Assembly: GCA_964578365.1 (NCBI GenBank)
Contig: CAZOCS010000002.1
Span: forward strand, 1 to 54,865
DNA from: an uncultured Candidatus Cloacimonadota bacterium
GTDB taxonomy: Bacteria > Cloacimonadota > Cloacimonadia > Cloacimonadales > TCS61
Length of the DNA: 54,865 nucleotides
Direction: 5' to 3'
Under the pieces are notes generated by a model. It was not told where the DNA came from. It worked only from the letters and a program-made list of their open reading frames with translations, and made no database searches. Each line of letters begins with the position of its first letter. The stretch's first letter is position 1. Below, one piece after another: positions 1-8,515 of the stretch. Position numbers and translations under genes: made by a program.

Positions 1-1
1 A

Positions 2-745
2 GATCCGATCATCGAAATTAAACCAATAGAAACACAAGTTGATGATCTAATAAATGAGATCAATGAACGAACTGCCAAAAAAGAAAAAATATTAGTAACA
101 ACACTAACTAAAAGAATGGCAGAAGATCTGAGTGAATATTTAACTAAAGCAGGAATTCGAACCCGCTATCTGCACAGCGAGATCGGAACAATGGAACGAT
201 CTAAAATAATTAGAGAATTGCGCATGGATGAATTTGATGTTCTGGTTGGAATTAATCTTCTTCGAGAAGGTCTTGATCTTCCTGAAGTCTCTCTGGTTGC
301 AATTTTAGATGCCGATAAAGTAGGGTTCTTACGCTCGGCAAGATCACTCATCCAAACTGCTGGAAGAGCTTCCAGAAACACCAATGGAAAAGTGATTTTT
401 TATGCTGAAAAAATCTCCTCGGCTATGCAGGAAGCTATCTCTGAAACAGAGCGGAGAAGAGCCAAACAAATACAGTTTAATTTAGATAACAAAATTACTC
501 CACAAACTATTAAGAAAAACATTGACGACATAATGATTGCCACAACTGTTGCCGACGGTTATCAAAAATCTGGTAAAAATGATAAAAGATCAGATAGAGA
601 TAAGTTCAAAGAATATTTAGAGTTAGATTCCATAGAAAGTATTATGGAATTATTGGAAAAAGAAATGCATGAAGCATCGGAAAATCTAAATTTTGAGAAA
701 GCTGCTGAACTCAGAGACAGGATCTTTGAGCTTAAAGAACTATAG
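2..745 (+). CDS. uvrB: Excinuclease ABC subunit B, C-terminal part (5' end outside window)
   Basis: Frame is open from nt 2 ([43 protein letters not shown]). Helicase C-terminal motifs [33 protein letters not shown] and QTAGRASRN. Terminal UVR motif [15 protein letters not shown]. Confidence 0.95.
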   Translation, partial: DPIIEIKPIETQVDDLINEINERTAKKEKILVTTLTKRMAEDLSEYLTKAGIRTRYLHSEIGTMERSKIIRELRMDEFDVLVGINLLREGLDLPEVSLVAILDADKVGFLRSARSLIQTAGRASRNTNGKVIFYAEKISSAMQEAISETERRRAKQIQFNLDNKITPQTIKKNIDDIMIATTVADGYQKSGKNDKRSDRDKFKEYLELDSIESIMELLEKEMHEASENLNFEKAAELRDRIFELKEL

Positions 746-906
746 CTAGAGGTAATTGATACCAAAATGGACTCGCAAGACATCTGTTTTAATTTAACCC
801 AAAAACCAATTCAAGTTCCCAATAAAAGCAAATTAATAAAAATAAAAAATACAATAAAAATGGATATTAATGGTGAAAAAAATATTAATATCTATAAGGA
901 GCAGTA

Positions 907-1224
907 ATGCGTAAATCCCGGAAATCTGAGGATGTTGTAAAGTCCAAAGAGGGTACTGTCATACTAAGTGATGACACTACAGCGAAAATGGAAGTTGAGG
1001 TAAATAAAGTTGAATCGGTAGGTGATTATAAAGATTCTCCGGTTTATATTTATCATGACTGGTGTAAAAAATGTGGTATCTGCGCAAGTTTTTGTCCTAC
1101 TGGAACATTGGCAAGCAAGCTGGATGGCACACCTTATGTAAAGAATCCTGATAAATGCATTCATTGTGAATTGTGCGATAGACTTTGTCCTGATTTTGCA
1201 ATAACCGGTGCCAAGGAAAAATAG
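907..1224 (+). CDS. 2-oxoacid:ferredoxin oxidoreductase set 1, delta subunit (2x[4Fe-4S] ferredoxin)
   Basis: 105 aa. Two Cx2Cx2Cx3CP motifs (CKKCGICASFCP, CIHCELCDRLCP). AAGGAG upstream of ATG. Directly precedes the alpha subunit. Confidence 0.85.
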   Translation: MRKSRKSEDVVKSKEGTVILSDDTTAKMEVEVNKVESVGDYKDSPVYIYHDWCKKCGICASFCPTGTLASKLDGTPYVKNPDKCIHCELCDRLCPDFAITGAKEK

Positions 1225-1232
1225 GGGAAAGT

Positions 1233-2411
1233 ATGAGCGATAAAAGTATAAAAAAGAAAAATAAAATTGTTTTGATGCAAGGTAATGAAGCAATTGCCCG
1301 TGGTGCAATTGATGCAGGAGTAAATTTCTTTGGTGGCTATCCTATTACACCTTCCACTGAAATTGCAGAAATATGTTCTATTGAACTTCCCAAAAGAGGC
1401 GGAAAATTCATACAAATGGAAGATGAAATTGCCGGTATATCTTCTATTATCGGAGCATCATTAGCCGGTGCAAAAGCAATGACGGCAACTAGTGGTCCCG
1501 GTTTCTCCTTAATGATGGAAGGTATCGGCTTTGCTAAAATGACCGAAACTCCTTGTGTTGTTGTGAATGTGATGCGTGGAGGACCAAGTACCGGTTTACC
1601 AACCAAACCTTCACAAGGTGATATCATGCAATCTAAATGGGGAGATCATGGAGATTCACCTGCTATTGTTCTGTATCCGGACTCCGTAAAAGAATCTTAT
1701 GAACTTGCCATTCGCGCGGTTAATCTATCTGAGAAATACAGAACTTGTGTCGTTCTGCTTTCAGACGAAGTACTAGGACACATGCGAGAAGCTGTTGAAC
1801 TACCTGATTTGGAAAATGTTACTATTATTAATAGAATAAAACCGACAATTCCACCTGAGTGGTATAAACACTACGAAGATAAACCTAAATATATCCATCC
1901 TCTTGCCAGCTATGGTGAAGGATATCGTTTTCATGTTACAGGTCTTGCCCATGATGCATTGGGTTTTCCTACAAATAGATCTGATGAAGTTGAGATCATG
2001 ATGAGTAGATTGAAAAAGAAAATCTCACATAATTTGAAAGATCTTATTCAATATGAAAGTTTTCAGATGGAAGGGGCTAGAACAGCGATTTTTGCGGCTG
2101 GAATAACAGCCCGAGCAGCTAAGTCAGCAGTTATTAGAGCTCGTAAATCTGGAAGAAAAGTTGGTCTTATCCGACCGCTTACAATATGGCCATTTCCGGA
2201 AGACGCGATCAGAAAACACTTTAAAAACGTTAATACTATCATTGTTCCCGAGCTTAACCAGGGGCAATTTTTAAATGAAGTTAAAAGAGTAATGGGAAGT
2301 GTTTGGAATTATGAGGGCAGTAAATCTAAAAAGATAATTCCAATTCAGAAAGTTAATGGAGAACTTATTACGCCGGATGAAATTATCAACACTATGAAGG
2401 AGGTGAAATAA
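1233..2411 (+). CDS. 2-oxoacid:ferredoxin oxidoreductase set 1, alpha subunit (Kor/Vor-type)
   Basis: 392 aa. GNEAIARGAIDAGVNFFGGYPITPSTEI, TSGPGFSLM and RGGPSTGLPT motifs typical of OFOR alpha subunits. Substrate cannot be read from the sequence. Confidence 0.9.
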   Translation: MSDKSIKKKNKIVLMQGNEAIARGAIDAGVNFFGGYPITPSTEIAEICSIELPKRGGKFIQMEDEIAGISSIIGASLAGAKAMTATSGPGFSLMMEGIGFAKMTETPCVVVNVMRGGPSTGLPTKPSQGDIMQSKWGDHGDSPAIVLYPDSVKESYELAIRAVNLSEKYRTCVVLLSDEVLGHMREAVELPDLENVTIINRIKPTIPPEWYKHYEDKPKYIHPLASYGEGYRFHVTGLAHDALGFPTNRSDEVEIMMSRLKKKISHNLKDLIQYESFQMEGARTAIFAAGITARAAKSAVIRARKSGRKVGLIRPLTIWPFPEDAIRKHFKNVNTIIVPELNQGQFLNEVKRVMGSVWNYEGSKSKKIIPIQKVNGELITPDEIINTMKEVK

Positions 2412-2412
2412 A

Positions 2413-3258
2413 ATGCAGAAAATACATCAAAAACAAATACATAAGAAATATTTGAGACATAGAAAAAAATTCCCTCATGTATGGTGTCCCGGATGTAGTA
2501 ATGGTATAGTAATGGGTGCAATTATCCGTGCTATAGGTGAACTTGAATGGAAGAGAACAAATACAACAATGGTGTCAGGGATCGGGTGCTCCAGTAGGAT
2601 GCCTGTTTATGTGAATCTTAATACACTTCATTCCTTACATGGAAGAGCGATAGCCTATGCCACCGGAATTAAAATGTTCAAACCTGATATGGACGTTATG
2701 GTTGTTACCGGTGATGGTGACGCAACTGCAATTGGTGGAAACCATTTCATCCACGCAGCTCGAAGAAATATTAATCTTACGGTTATTCTTATTAATAATA
2801 ACATATATGGAATGACAGGTGGACAGTATTCACCCACAACTCCAACCGGAGATAAGGCAACAACAACCCCTTACGGTAATATAGATCCTACATTTGATAT
2901 ATGTGAACTGGCATTAGGCGCAGGTGCAACATTTGTTGCCAGAACCTCTGCTTACCATGCTGTAGAAGCTCATTCGTTTATCAAGCAGGGATTGGAACAT
3001 AAGGGATTTGCTTTGATCGAAGTGATAAGTGCCTGTCCTGTAATTTATGGTAAAATCAATATGAAGGGAGATGCTTCCTCGATGATGAAATCTATGAAAG
3101 AAAACATTCTTCCTATTCAAACATTCGATAAACTATCCGAAGAGAAGCAGGAAGGAAAATTGAAGCGTGGGATCTTCCGTAAAGAATTAAAACCTGAATA
3201 TACAGATCAGTATGCAAAACTTATTGATTCTGTTAACATGTCTAAAGGAGACAAGTAA
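2413..3258 (+). CDS. 2-oxoacid:ferredoxin oxidoreductase set 1, beta subunit (TPP-binding)
   Basis: 281 aa. WCPGCSNG near the N-terminus. TPP motif VVTGDGDATAIGGNHFIHAARRNINLTVILINNNIYGMTGGQ. AGGAGG RBS. Confidence 0.9.
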   Translation: MQKIHQKQIHKKYLRHRKKFPHVWCPGCSNGIVMGAIIRAIGELEWKRTNTTMVSGIGCSSRMPVYVNLNTLHSLHGRAIAYATGIKMFKPDMDVMVVTGDGDATAIGGNHFIHAARRNINLTVILINNNIYGMTGGQYSPTTPTGDKATTTPYGNIDPTFDICELALGAGATFVARTSAYHAVEAHSFIKQGLEHKGFALIEVISACPVIYGKINMKGDASSMMKSMKENILPIQTFDKLSEEKQEGKLKRGIFRKELKPEYTDQYAKLIDSVNMSKGDK

Positions 3259-3812
3259 TGGCTGATATTAAGAAGTTTAAAACAGAAATAAGACTTAGTG
3301 GTAGTGGTGGGCAAGGACTGATCACTGCTGGAATTATTCTGGCCAAAGCTGCTGTTTTAGATAAGGTTCGAGTTACCCAAACTCAAAGTTATGGTCCCGA
3401 ATCGCGCGGTGGTGCTTCTAGGGCAGATGTTATTATCAGCAATGCAACCTTCTATTATCCAGAGGCCACACATTTTGATGCTCTGCTTTCGCTGTCTCAA
3501 GAAGCTTGTGATAAATATAGTGATGCGTTGAAACCTGATGGTATTCTTATTGCAGACAGTACTTTTGTGAAGAACGTTGCTCTAATGGATTCTACAATTT
3601 ATGAATTTCCATTTACCGAAATTGCTATTGAAAAACTTGGTTCTGCTTTACCAACAAATATTATGACTCTTGGTTTTCTTGTAAGAAAAACTAATGTTGT
3701 AAGTGAAAAATCATTGAAAGAAGCTCTTAAAAATTCTGTTCGCCCACAGTTTTATGAAATGAATATAAAAGCTCTGAAAATTGGTTTTAAACTTGCTTCA
3801 GAAGATGAATGA
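3258..3812 (+). CDS. 2-oxoacid:ferredoxin oxidoreductase set 1, gamma subunit
   Basis: 184 aa. LSGSGGQGLITAG and SYGPESRGG motifs. ATG overlaps the beta stop (TAATG). Ends in TGA. Confidence 0.9.
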   Translation: MADIKKFKTEIRLSGSGGQGLITAGIILAKAAVLDKVRVTQTQSYGPESRGGASRADVIISNATFYYPEATHFDALLSLSQEACDKYSDALKPDGILIADSTFVKNVALMDSTIYEFPFTEIAIEKLGSALPTNIMTLGFLVRKTNVVSEKSLKEALKNSVRPQFYEMNIKALKIGFKLASEDE

Positions 3813-4026
3813 TCAGCTGGAGTATTTGTGCCCCAAAATAAAATCATATAGCTTTGAGTACAGATAACCTTTCTGATAATTTGAACGAGATAAGAGAGAA
3901 AGGTGTTCGGGTAATCGATAATACTCCAAGAAAAGAAGCACATAATGTGATATCTTTTTTTTACATCCTAAATCGACCCATGATGTTTTATTAGAATTGT
4001 GTGAGATAAAAAATATATTTACCTAA
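3811..4026 (+). pseudogene. Relic of a methylmalonyl-CoA epimerase (VOC/glyoxalase family) gene: 5'-truncated and frameshifted
   Basis: From 3845: HIALSTDNLSDNLNEIREKGVRVIDNTPRKEAHNVISFF. After a T8 run (3955-3962) a different frame continues from 3964 with HPKSTHDVLLELCEIKN, stop at 4024-4026. Together these look like the C-terminal ~55 residues of the epimerase (HIAF...KGVRLID..PR.GA....AFLHPKST.GVL.ELCE). No N-terminal half, no start codon. Confidence 0.55.
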
Positions 4027-4090
4027 TTCCATATATATGAGATTTTTAAGTTCATTAAGATATTGTGCAGATAAAAAAAATAAAGATGAT

Positions 4091-4170
4091 ATGAAATTTC
4101 TAATTGACAAGTAATTCTCAATTAGAAATTTCATCAACCATATTGTGAGGACTTAGGAATGAAATTTCAT
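4091..4170. promoter_or_regulatory. Palindromic operator-like sites built on ATGAAATTTCAT
   Basis: Perfect 17-bp inverted repeat ATGAAATTTCTAATTGA (4091-4107) / TCAATTAGAAATTTCAT (4118-4134) with a 10-nt spacer, enclosing a TTGACA hexamer (4106-4111). A third, self-complementary copy ATGAAATTTCAT lies at 4159-4170. Confidence 0.5.
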
Positions 4171-4300
4171 CCTTACATAAGGGGAAAAAATTGAATATCA
4201 GTCAGTCAATGAAACTGATTTATGATAGAAAATTGAATTTGTATTCAGATTGTGCAATAGCTATTCTGAATGTACTAATTGTTTAAAAAATAGATAAAAT

Positions 4301-4332
4301 GCAGTTTGTGAACATACAAACTGCTTTTTTTT
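4301..4332 (+). terminator. Rho-independent terminator-like hairpin 35 nt upstream of the second OFOR operon
   Basis: GCAGTTTGT (4301-4309), loop GAACAT, ACAAACTGC (4316-4324), then T8 (4325-4332). Confidence 0.7.
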
Positions 4333-4366
4333 ATCTTCGGATTTAATTATAGATGCAGGAGATTAT

Positions 4367-4642
4367 ATGAAATATTGGGAAAGACCTTTTGGTAAAGAGA
4401 AGCCTAAAACTGTTATTGGAGAAATTCATATTATCGATGACAGATGTAAAGGTTGTGGGTTTTGTATAGAATTCTGCCCAAATGGAGTATTAAAATTCTC
4501 TACAGGTTTCAATAAAAAAGGCTATCATCCACCAATTGTTGTTCAAATTGAGCAATGTGCTTTTGATGGTCTCTGTCAGTCTGTATGTCCGGATTCTGCA
4601 ATATTTATTGCACGACAGGAGGAAATGGATGAAAAAAAGTAA
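4367..4642 (+). CDS. 2-oxoacid:ferredoxin oxidoreductase set 2, delta subunit (2x[4Fe-4S] ferredoxin)
   Basis: 91 aa. CKGCGFCIEFCP plus a second, degenerate Cys motif (CAFDGLCQSVCP). AGGAGA RBS. Confidence 0.85.
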   Translation: MKYWERPFGKEKPKTVIGEIHIIDDRCKGCGFCIEFCPNGVLKFSTGFNKKGYHPPIVVQIEQCAFDGLCQSVCPDSAIFIARQEEMDEKK

Positions 4643-5789
4643 TTTTCATGGAGAATTTTTTATTCAAGGAAATATCGCCTGCGCAGAAGCTGCGCTTTCG
4701 GCAGGTTGCGGATTTTTTGGCGGATATCCTATAACTCCTGCTTCAGAAATAGCAGAAAGGATGGCACTTAGATTGCCGCAACTGGATGGAGTATTTATTC
4801 AATTTGAAGATGAGATAGCCTCTATGGCCTCCATACTCGGAGCGTCATGGGCAGGAGCGAAATCCATGACGGCAAGTTCAGGTCCGGGTATTTCATTAAT
4901 GTTAGAAAACATTGGTTTAGGAATGATGATGGAAGTACCTTGTGTGATAGTGAATGTGCAAAGAGGTTCACCATCTACAGGATTGCCAACAAGCTGGGGT
5001 CAATCTGATATTATGCAGGCCCGTTGGGGCTCACATGGTGATTACGGATCAATCTCTTTAGCTCCCAAATCACCTCAGGAGTATTACGATCTTACAGTTG
5101 TTGCATTCAATTTAGCAGAGAAATACAGACTTCCTGTTTTTGTAATGTCAGATGCAATAGTAGGACATATGACAGAAAAAGTACTTATACCACCTGTAGA
5201 AGAATTAGAAATTATTGAACGAAAATATACAAAGAAAAAACCGGGTAACTATAATCCTTATACAATTGAACCAGGGCAATGGGTGCCGGATTTTGCAAAA
5301 GCCGGAGACGGATATCTTTACCATTCAACAGGGCTCACACATGATGAACGCGGATATCCTGATATGAGTGAGAAATGTCATGTGAATCTTGTGAATAGAC
5401 TATTAGATAAAATTAATAAAAACGCAGATGACATTATCATGTTAGAAGAAAGAGATACTGAAGAAGCAGATGTGATCGTTATTTCATTTGGTATCACTTC
5501 CAGAACAGTGATCCCTGCTATAGTAGAAGCCAAAAAGAAAGGAATAAAGGTTGGCTATCTACGGTTAATAACAGTTTGGCCTTTCCCCGAAAAGCGCATT
5601 AGAGAACTCTCTAAGAAAATTGGTGGATTTGTTGTGCCGGAAATTAATATGGGACAAATAGTTTTGGAAGTAGAGCGTTGTTCCGGAGGTAATTGCAAAG
5701 TTATTTCACTTCCACATCCGGGAGGAGGCTTGCACAAAACCAAGGATGTTGTAAAAGCGATACAGGAGGCAGCTGATGCAAGACAATAG
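4629..5789 (+). CDS. 2-oxoacid:ferredoxin oxidoreductase set 2, alpha subunit
   Basis: 386 aa from ATG 4629 (AGGAGG 7 nt upstream). The 4536 start in the ORF track would overlap the delta gene by about 100 nt. FFGGYPITPASEI, SSGPGISLM and RGSPSTGLPT align along the whole length with the set 1 alpha subunit. Confidence 0.9.
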   Translation: MKKSNFHGEFFIQGNIACAEAALSAGCGFFGGYPITPASEIAERMALRLPQLDGVFIQFEDEIASMASILGASWAGAKSMTASSGPGISLMLENIGLGMMMEVPCVIVNVQRGSPSTGLPTSWGQSDIMQARWGSHGDYGSISLAPKSPQEYYDLTVVAFNLAEKYRLPVFVMSDAIVGHMTEKVLIPPVEELEIIERKYTKKKPGNYNPYTIEPGQWVPDFAKAGDGYLYHSTGLTHDERGYPDMSEKCHVNLVNRLLDKINKNADDIIMLEERDTEEADVIVISFGITSRTVIPAIVEAKKKGIKVGYLRLITVWPFPEKRIRELSKKIGGFVVPEINMGQIVLEVERCSGGNCKVISLPHPGGGLHKTKDVVKAIQEAADARQ

Positions 5790-6669
5790 TATAATCCCTG
5801 TACATCCTGAAGAAAATGATCTTAGAATGGATAGAATGCCTCACATCTGGTGTTCCGGTTGCGGATTAGGGATGATCGTTTCTGCATATATGAAAGGAGT
5901 GAAGCAAGCCGGGATCTCTGCCAAAAATGCTGCAGTTGTTTCCGGAATAGGATGTACCGGACGTGTAGCGGGTTATGTTAAGTTAGATTCATATCACACA
6001 ACTCACGGAAGAGCTATTCCCTTTGCAACAGGTTTAAAATTGGCCAATAGAAAGCTGAACGTGGCTGTAATTTCAGGTGATGGAGATCTTTTTGCAATTG
6101 GTGGAAACCATCTGATCCATGCTGCCCGAAGAAACGTAGATTTAAATGTAATATGCGTTAATAATTTCATTTACGGAATGACAGGTGGACAAAATGCACC
6201 AACTACTCCATTAGAAGCATACAGCTCTACAGCTCCATACGGAAACTATGAACAACCATTCAATCTTGTGGGAATGGCATCCGCTGCCGGAGCTTCTTAT
6301 GTTGCTCGTTGGACTTCAGCTCACACAAAAAGACTCACCGATTCAATTGCAGAGGGTATCAGCAAGCCTGGATTCAGCTTCATTGAAGTTGTATCACCTT
6401 GTCCAACTGTGTTCGCACGGAAAAATAAAGGTGGATCAGGACTGGATTTACTACAACAGTATTTGAAGAGATCAAAGATAGATCATACAGCTGATCCGAC
6501 TAAAATCCCATTAGACATGTCAAACGACATTATTTGCGGAGTGTTCCAAAATGAAGATAAGCCTACTTTCTGGGAAAATGTACAAAAAGGTACAGAAAGA
6601 AAAGTAAAAAAAACTTTAGAGTATAAAGTTACCAAAAGAAAAATGACCGGAAAGAGAGGTTTGAAATGA
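5776..6669 (+). CDS. 2-oxoacid:ferredoxin oxidoreductase set 2, beta subunit (TPP-binding)
   Basis: 297 aa. WCSGCGLG. VISGDGDLFAIGGNHLIHAARRNVDLNVICVNNFIYGMTGGQ. AGGAGG RBS. Overlaps the alpha stop. Confidence 0.9.
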   Translation: MQDNSIIPVHPEENDLRMDRMPHIWCSGCGLGMIVSAYMKGVKQAGISAKNAAVVSGIGCTGRVAGYVKLDSYHTTHGRAIPFATGLKLANRKLNVAVISGDGDLFAIGGNHLIHAARRNVDLNVICVNNFIYGMTGGQNAPTTPLEAYSSTAPYGNYEQPFNLVGMASAAGASYVARWTSAHTKRLTDSIAEGISKPGFSFIEVVSPCPTVFARKNKGGSGLDLLQQYLKRSKIDHTADPTKIPLDMSNDIICGVFQNEDKPTFWENVQKGTERKVKKTLEYKVTKRKMTGKRGLK

Positions 6670-7202
6670 GCAATAGAAATATTAAAATATCAGGTTTTGG
6701 TGGGCAGGGCGTTATTTTATCATCTTATATAACGGGTAAAGCTGCATCAATTTTTGATGGAATGAATGCTTCTATGACACAAGCCTACGGACCTGAAGCC
6801 AGGGGGGGAGCATGTAGTGCTCAGGTAGTAATTTCTTCTGATGAAGTTGATTATCCATTGGTTGATTCTGCAGATGTTTTGATCGCTCTTTCTCAAGAAG
6901 GTTATGATAAGTTTCTTTCGATTCTCAAGCCTGATGGAATTCTATGTTATGATGAAGATCTGGTAAAGGTGCTCCAATCTCACAATGGGATCATTGCAAA
7001 GAAGATTCCTGCGACCCGTATAGCCGAAGATCTTGGAAAAAAGATCGTTGCAAATATTGTAATGCTTGGTTTTGCGGTTGCTCAAGCAAATATCACTTCT
7101 TTTGAAGGAATGAGAGAAGCTATCTCGGAGTCCGTTCCCAAAAAATTCTTAGATTTGAATTTAAAAGCCTATCAGACGGGCTACGATCATAAAGGAGATT
7201 GA
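6666..7202 (+). CDS. 2-oxoacid:ferredoxin oxidoreductase set 2, gamma subunit
   Basis: 178 aa. ISGFGGQGVILSS and AYGPEARGG motifs. Overlaps the beta stop (ATGA). Ends in TGA 1 nt before the hdrC start. Confidence 0.9.
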   Translation: MSNRNIKISGFGGQGVILSSYITGKAASIFDGMNASMTQAYGPEARGGACSAQVVISSDEVDYPLVDSADVLIALSQEGYDKFLSILKPDGILCYDEDLVKVLQSHNGIIAKKIPATRIAEDLGKKIVANIVMLGFAVAQANITSFEGMREAISESVPKKFLDLNLKAYQTGYDHKGD

Positions 7203-7203
7203 T

Positions 7204-7611
7204 ATGTTTATAGAAATTTCCAAAAACGATATTAATAATGAATTAGTAAGAAAAATTCATGATCTTTCCGGACAGAACGTGTTTGATTGCTACCAGTGCG
7301 GAAATTGCTCTTCCGGCTGTCCTGTTGTAGAATACATGGATATCACCCCTAACCAGGTATTACGGCTTTCCCAATATGGAGCTGTCGACAGCATTCTGAA
7401 TAGTGAGACAATCTGGGTTTGTTCAACTTGTCTGCAATGTTCTACTCGCTGTCCTAAAGGAATAGATGTTGCAAGAGTGATGGAAGCCTTAAGAACAGTT
7501 AATTTGCGAGATGGAATTGGTGTGGTTGATCCTAAACATCTGGAAAATGAAAACGAAGAAGAATTGCCACCCATACTTTTGGTGTGTGCAATGCGAAAAC
7601 TTACGGGTTGA
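7204..7611 (+). CDS. hdrC: Heterodisulfide reductase subunit C-like 2x[4Fe-4S] protein
   Basis: 135 aa. CYQCGNCSSGCP and CSTCLQCSTRCP. Sits next to hdrB and hdrA. Confidence 0.85.
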   Translation: MFIEISKNDINNELVRKIHDLSGQNVFDCYQCGNCSSGCPVVEYMDITPNQVLRLSQYGAVDSILNSETIWVCSTCLQCSTRCPKGIDVARVMEALRTVNLRDGIGVVDPKHLENENEEELPPILLVCAMRKLTG

Positions 7612-7627
7612 TCTTGGGAGGAAATGA

Positions 7628-8506
7628 ATGAAATTACCATATTACCCCGGTTGTACACTTAAAGCGAATGCTAAGCATTTTGAGGATTCAGCTCAGGCAG
7701 CAATGGAAAAACTAGATTTTCAATTGGAAGAAATGAAGGATTGGGTTTGTTGCGGAACGGTATTCTCAATGACCAGTGATGACCTGATGCTGCAGCTCTC
7801 TTCTATTCGAAATCTATTACGAGCAGAAAAACAAGACCTAAAAGAATTAGTTACACTTTGCAGTATGTGCTACAATACATTAAAGCGTTCAAAAGATTTT
7901 GTCGAAGGAGATCCTGATAATCTGGAAAAGGTGAACAATTTTATGTATATGGAAGAGGCGGACTACAAAGGTCAGGTAGAAATATATCATCTTCTAACAA
8001 TTTTACGAGATCGTATAAAATTTGAAAACATAAGATCACAGGTAACAAATCCACTAAAATCACTCAAGCTAGGTGCATATTATGGTTGTTTACTGGTTCG
8101 TCCGCAAGAATATGCAATTGATGATTTTGAAGCACCTACAATTATGGAAGATCTGGTAGAAAATCTGGGAGCTGAATCCATAGAATTCCAGTTCAAATTG
8201 GAATGTTGTGGAGCTTATCAGACACTTACAAAAAAAGATATCAGTGTGAAAAGAGCATATGAGATTCTTGATTCTGCACAAAAAGCTGACTGTGAAGCGA
8301 TAATTACAAGTTGTCCCCTATGTGCTTATAATTTAGATTTCATGCAAAAAGAGATCGAAAAAGAATATGTGGAATTTAAGAAAATTCCAATCTTTTATTT
8401 TACTGAGCTTATGGCAATTGCGCTGGGAGCTGGCTGGAATAGCGACTGGGCTAAATTGCATGATGTAGATCCTGAACCATTATTACGAGAAAAGCAATTG
8501 ATCTAA
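7628..8506 (+). CDS. hdrB: Heterodisulfide reductase subunit B-like protein (two CCG domains)
   Basis: 292 aa. Two CCG-domain signatures: YPGC...WVCCG...CSMC and YYGC...ECCGA...CPLC. Confidence 0.85.
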   Translation: MKLPYYPGCTLKANAKHFEDSAQAAMEKLDFQLEEMKDWVCCGTVFSMTSDDLMLQLSSIRNLLRAEKQDLKELVTLCSMCYNTLKRSKDFVEGDPDNLEKVNNFMYMEEADYKGQVEIYHLLTILRDRIKFENIRSQVTNPLKSLKLGAYYGCLLVRPQEYAIDDFEAPTIMEDLVENLGAESIEFQFKLECCGAYQTLTKKDISVKRAYEILDSAQKADCEAIITSCPLCAYNLDFMQKEIEKEYVEFKKIPIFYFTELMAIALGAGWNSDWAKLHDVDPEPLLREKQLI

Positions 8507-8515
8507 GAGGATACA

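Noticed and set aside
4106-4134. TTGACA-N17-TTTCAT as a sigma-70 promoter for the second OFOR operon. The same question applies to the TTGACA at 50045-50050.
   Set aside because: The -10 candidates match the consensus poorly, and FCB-group promoters use a different consensus. I kept only the inverted repeat as a feature and did not call a promoter.
4536-4628. Upstream extension of the set 2 OFOR alpha subunit (ORF track start at 4536).
   Set aside because: The extension overlaps the delta ferredoxin gene in another frame and encodes non-homologous sequence. ATG 4629 has an AGGAGG RBS and aligns with the start of the set 1 alpha subunit.
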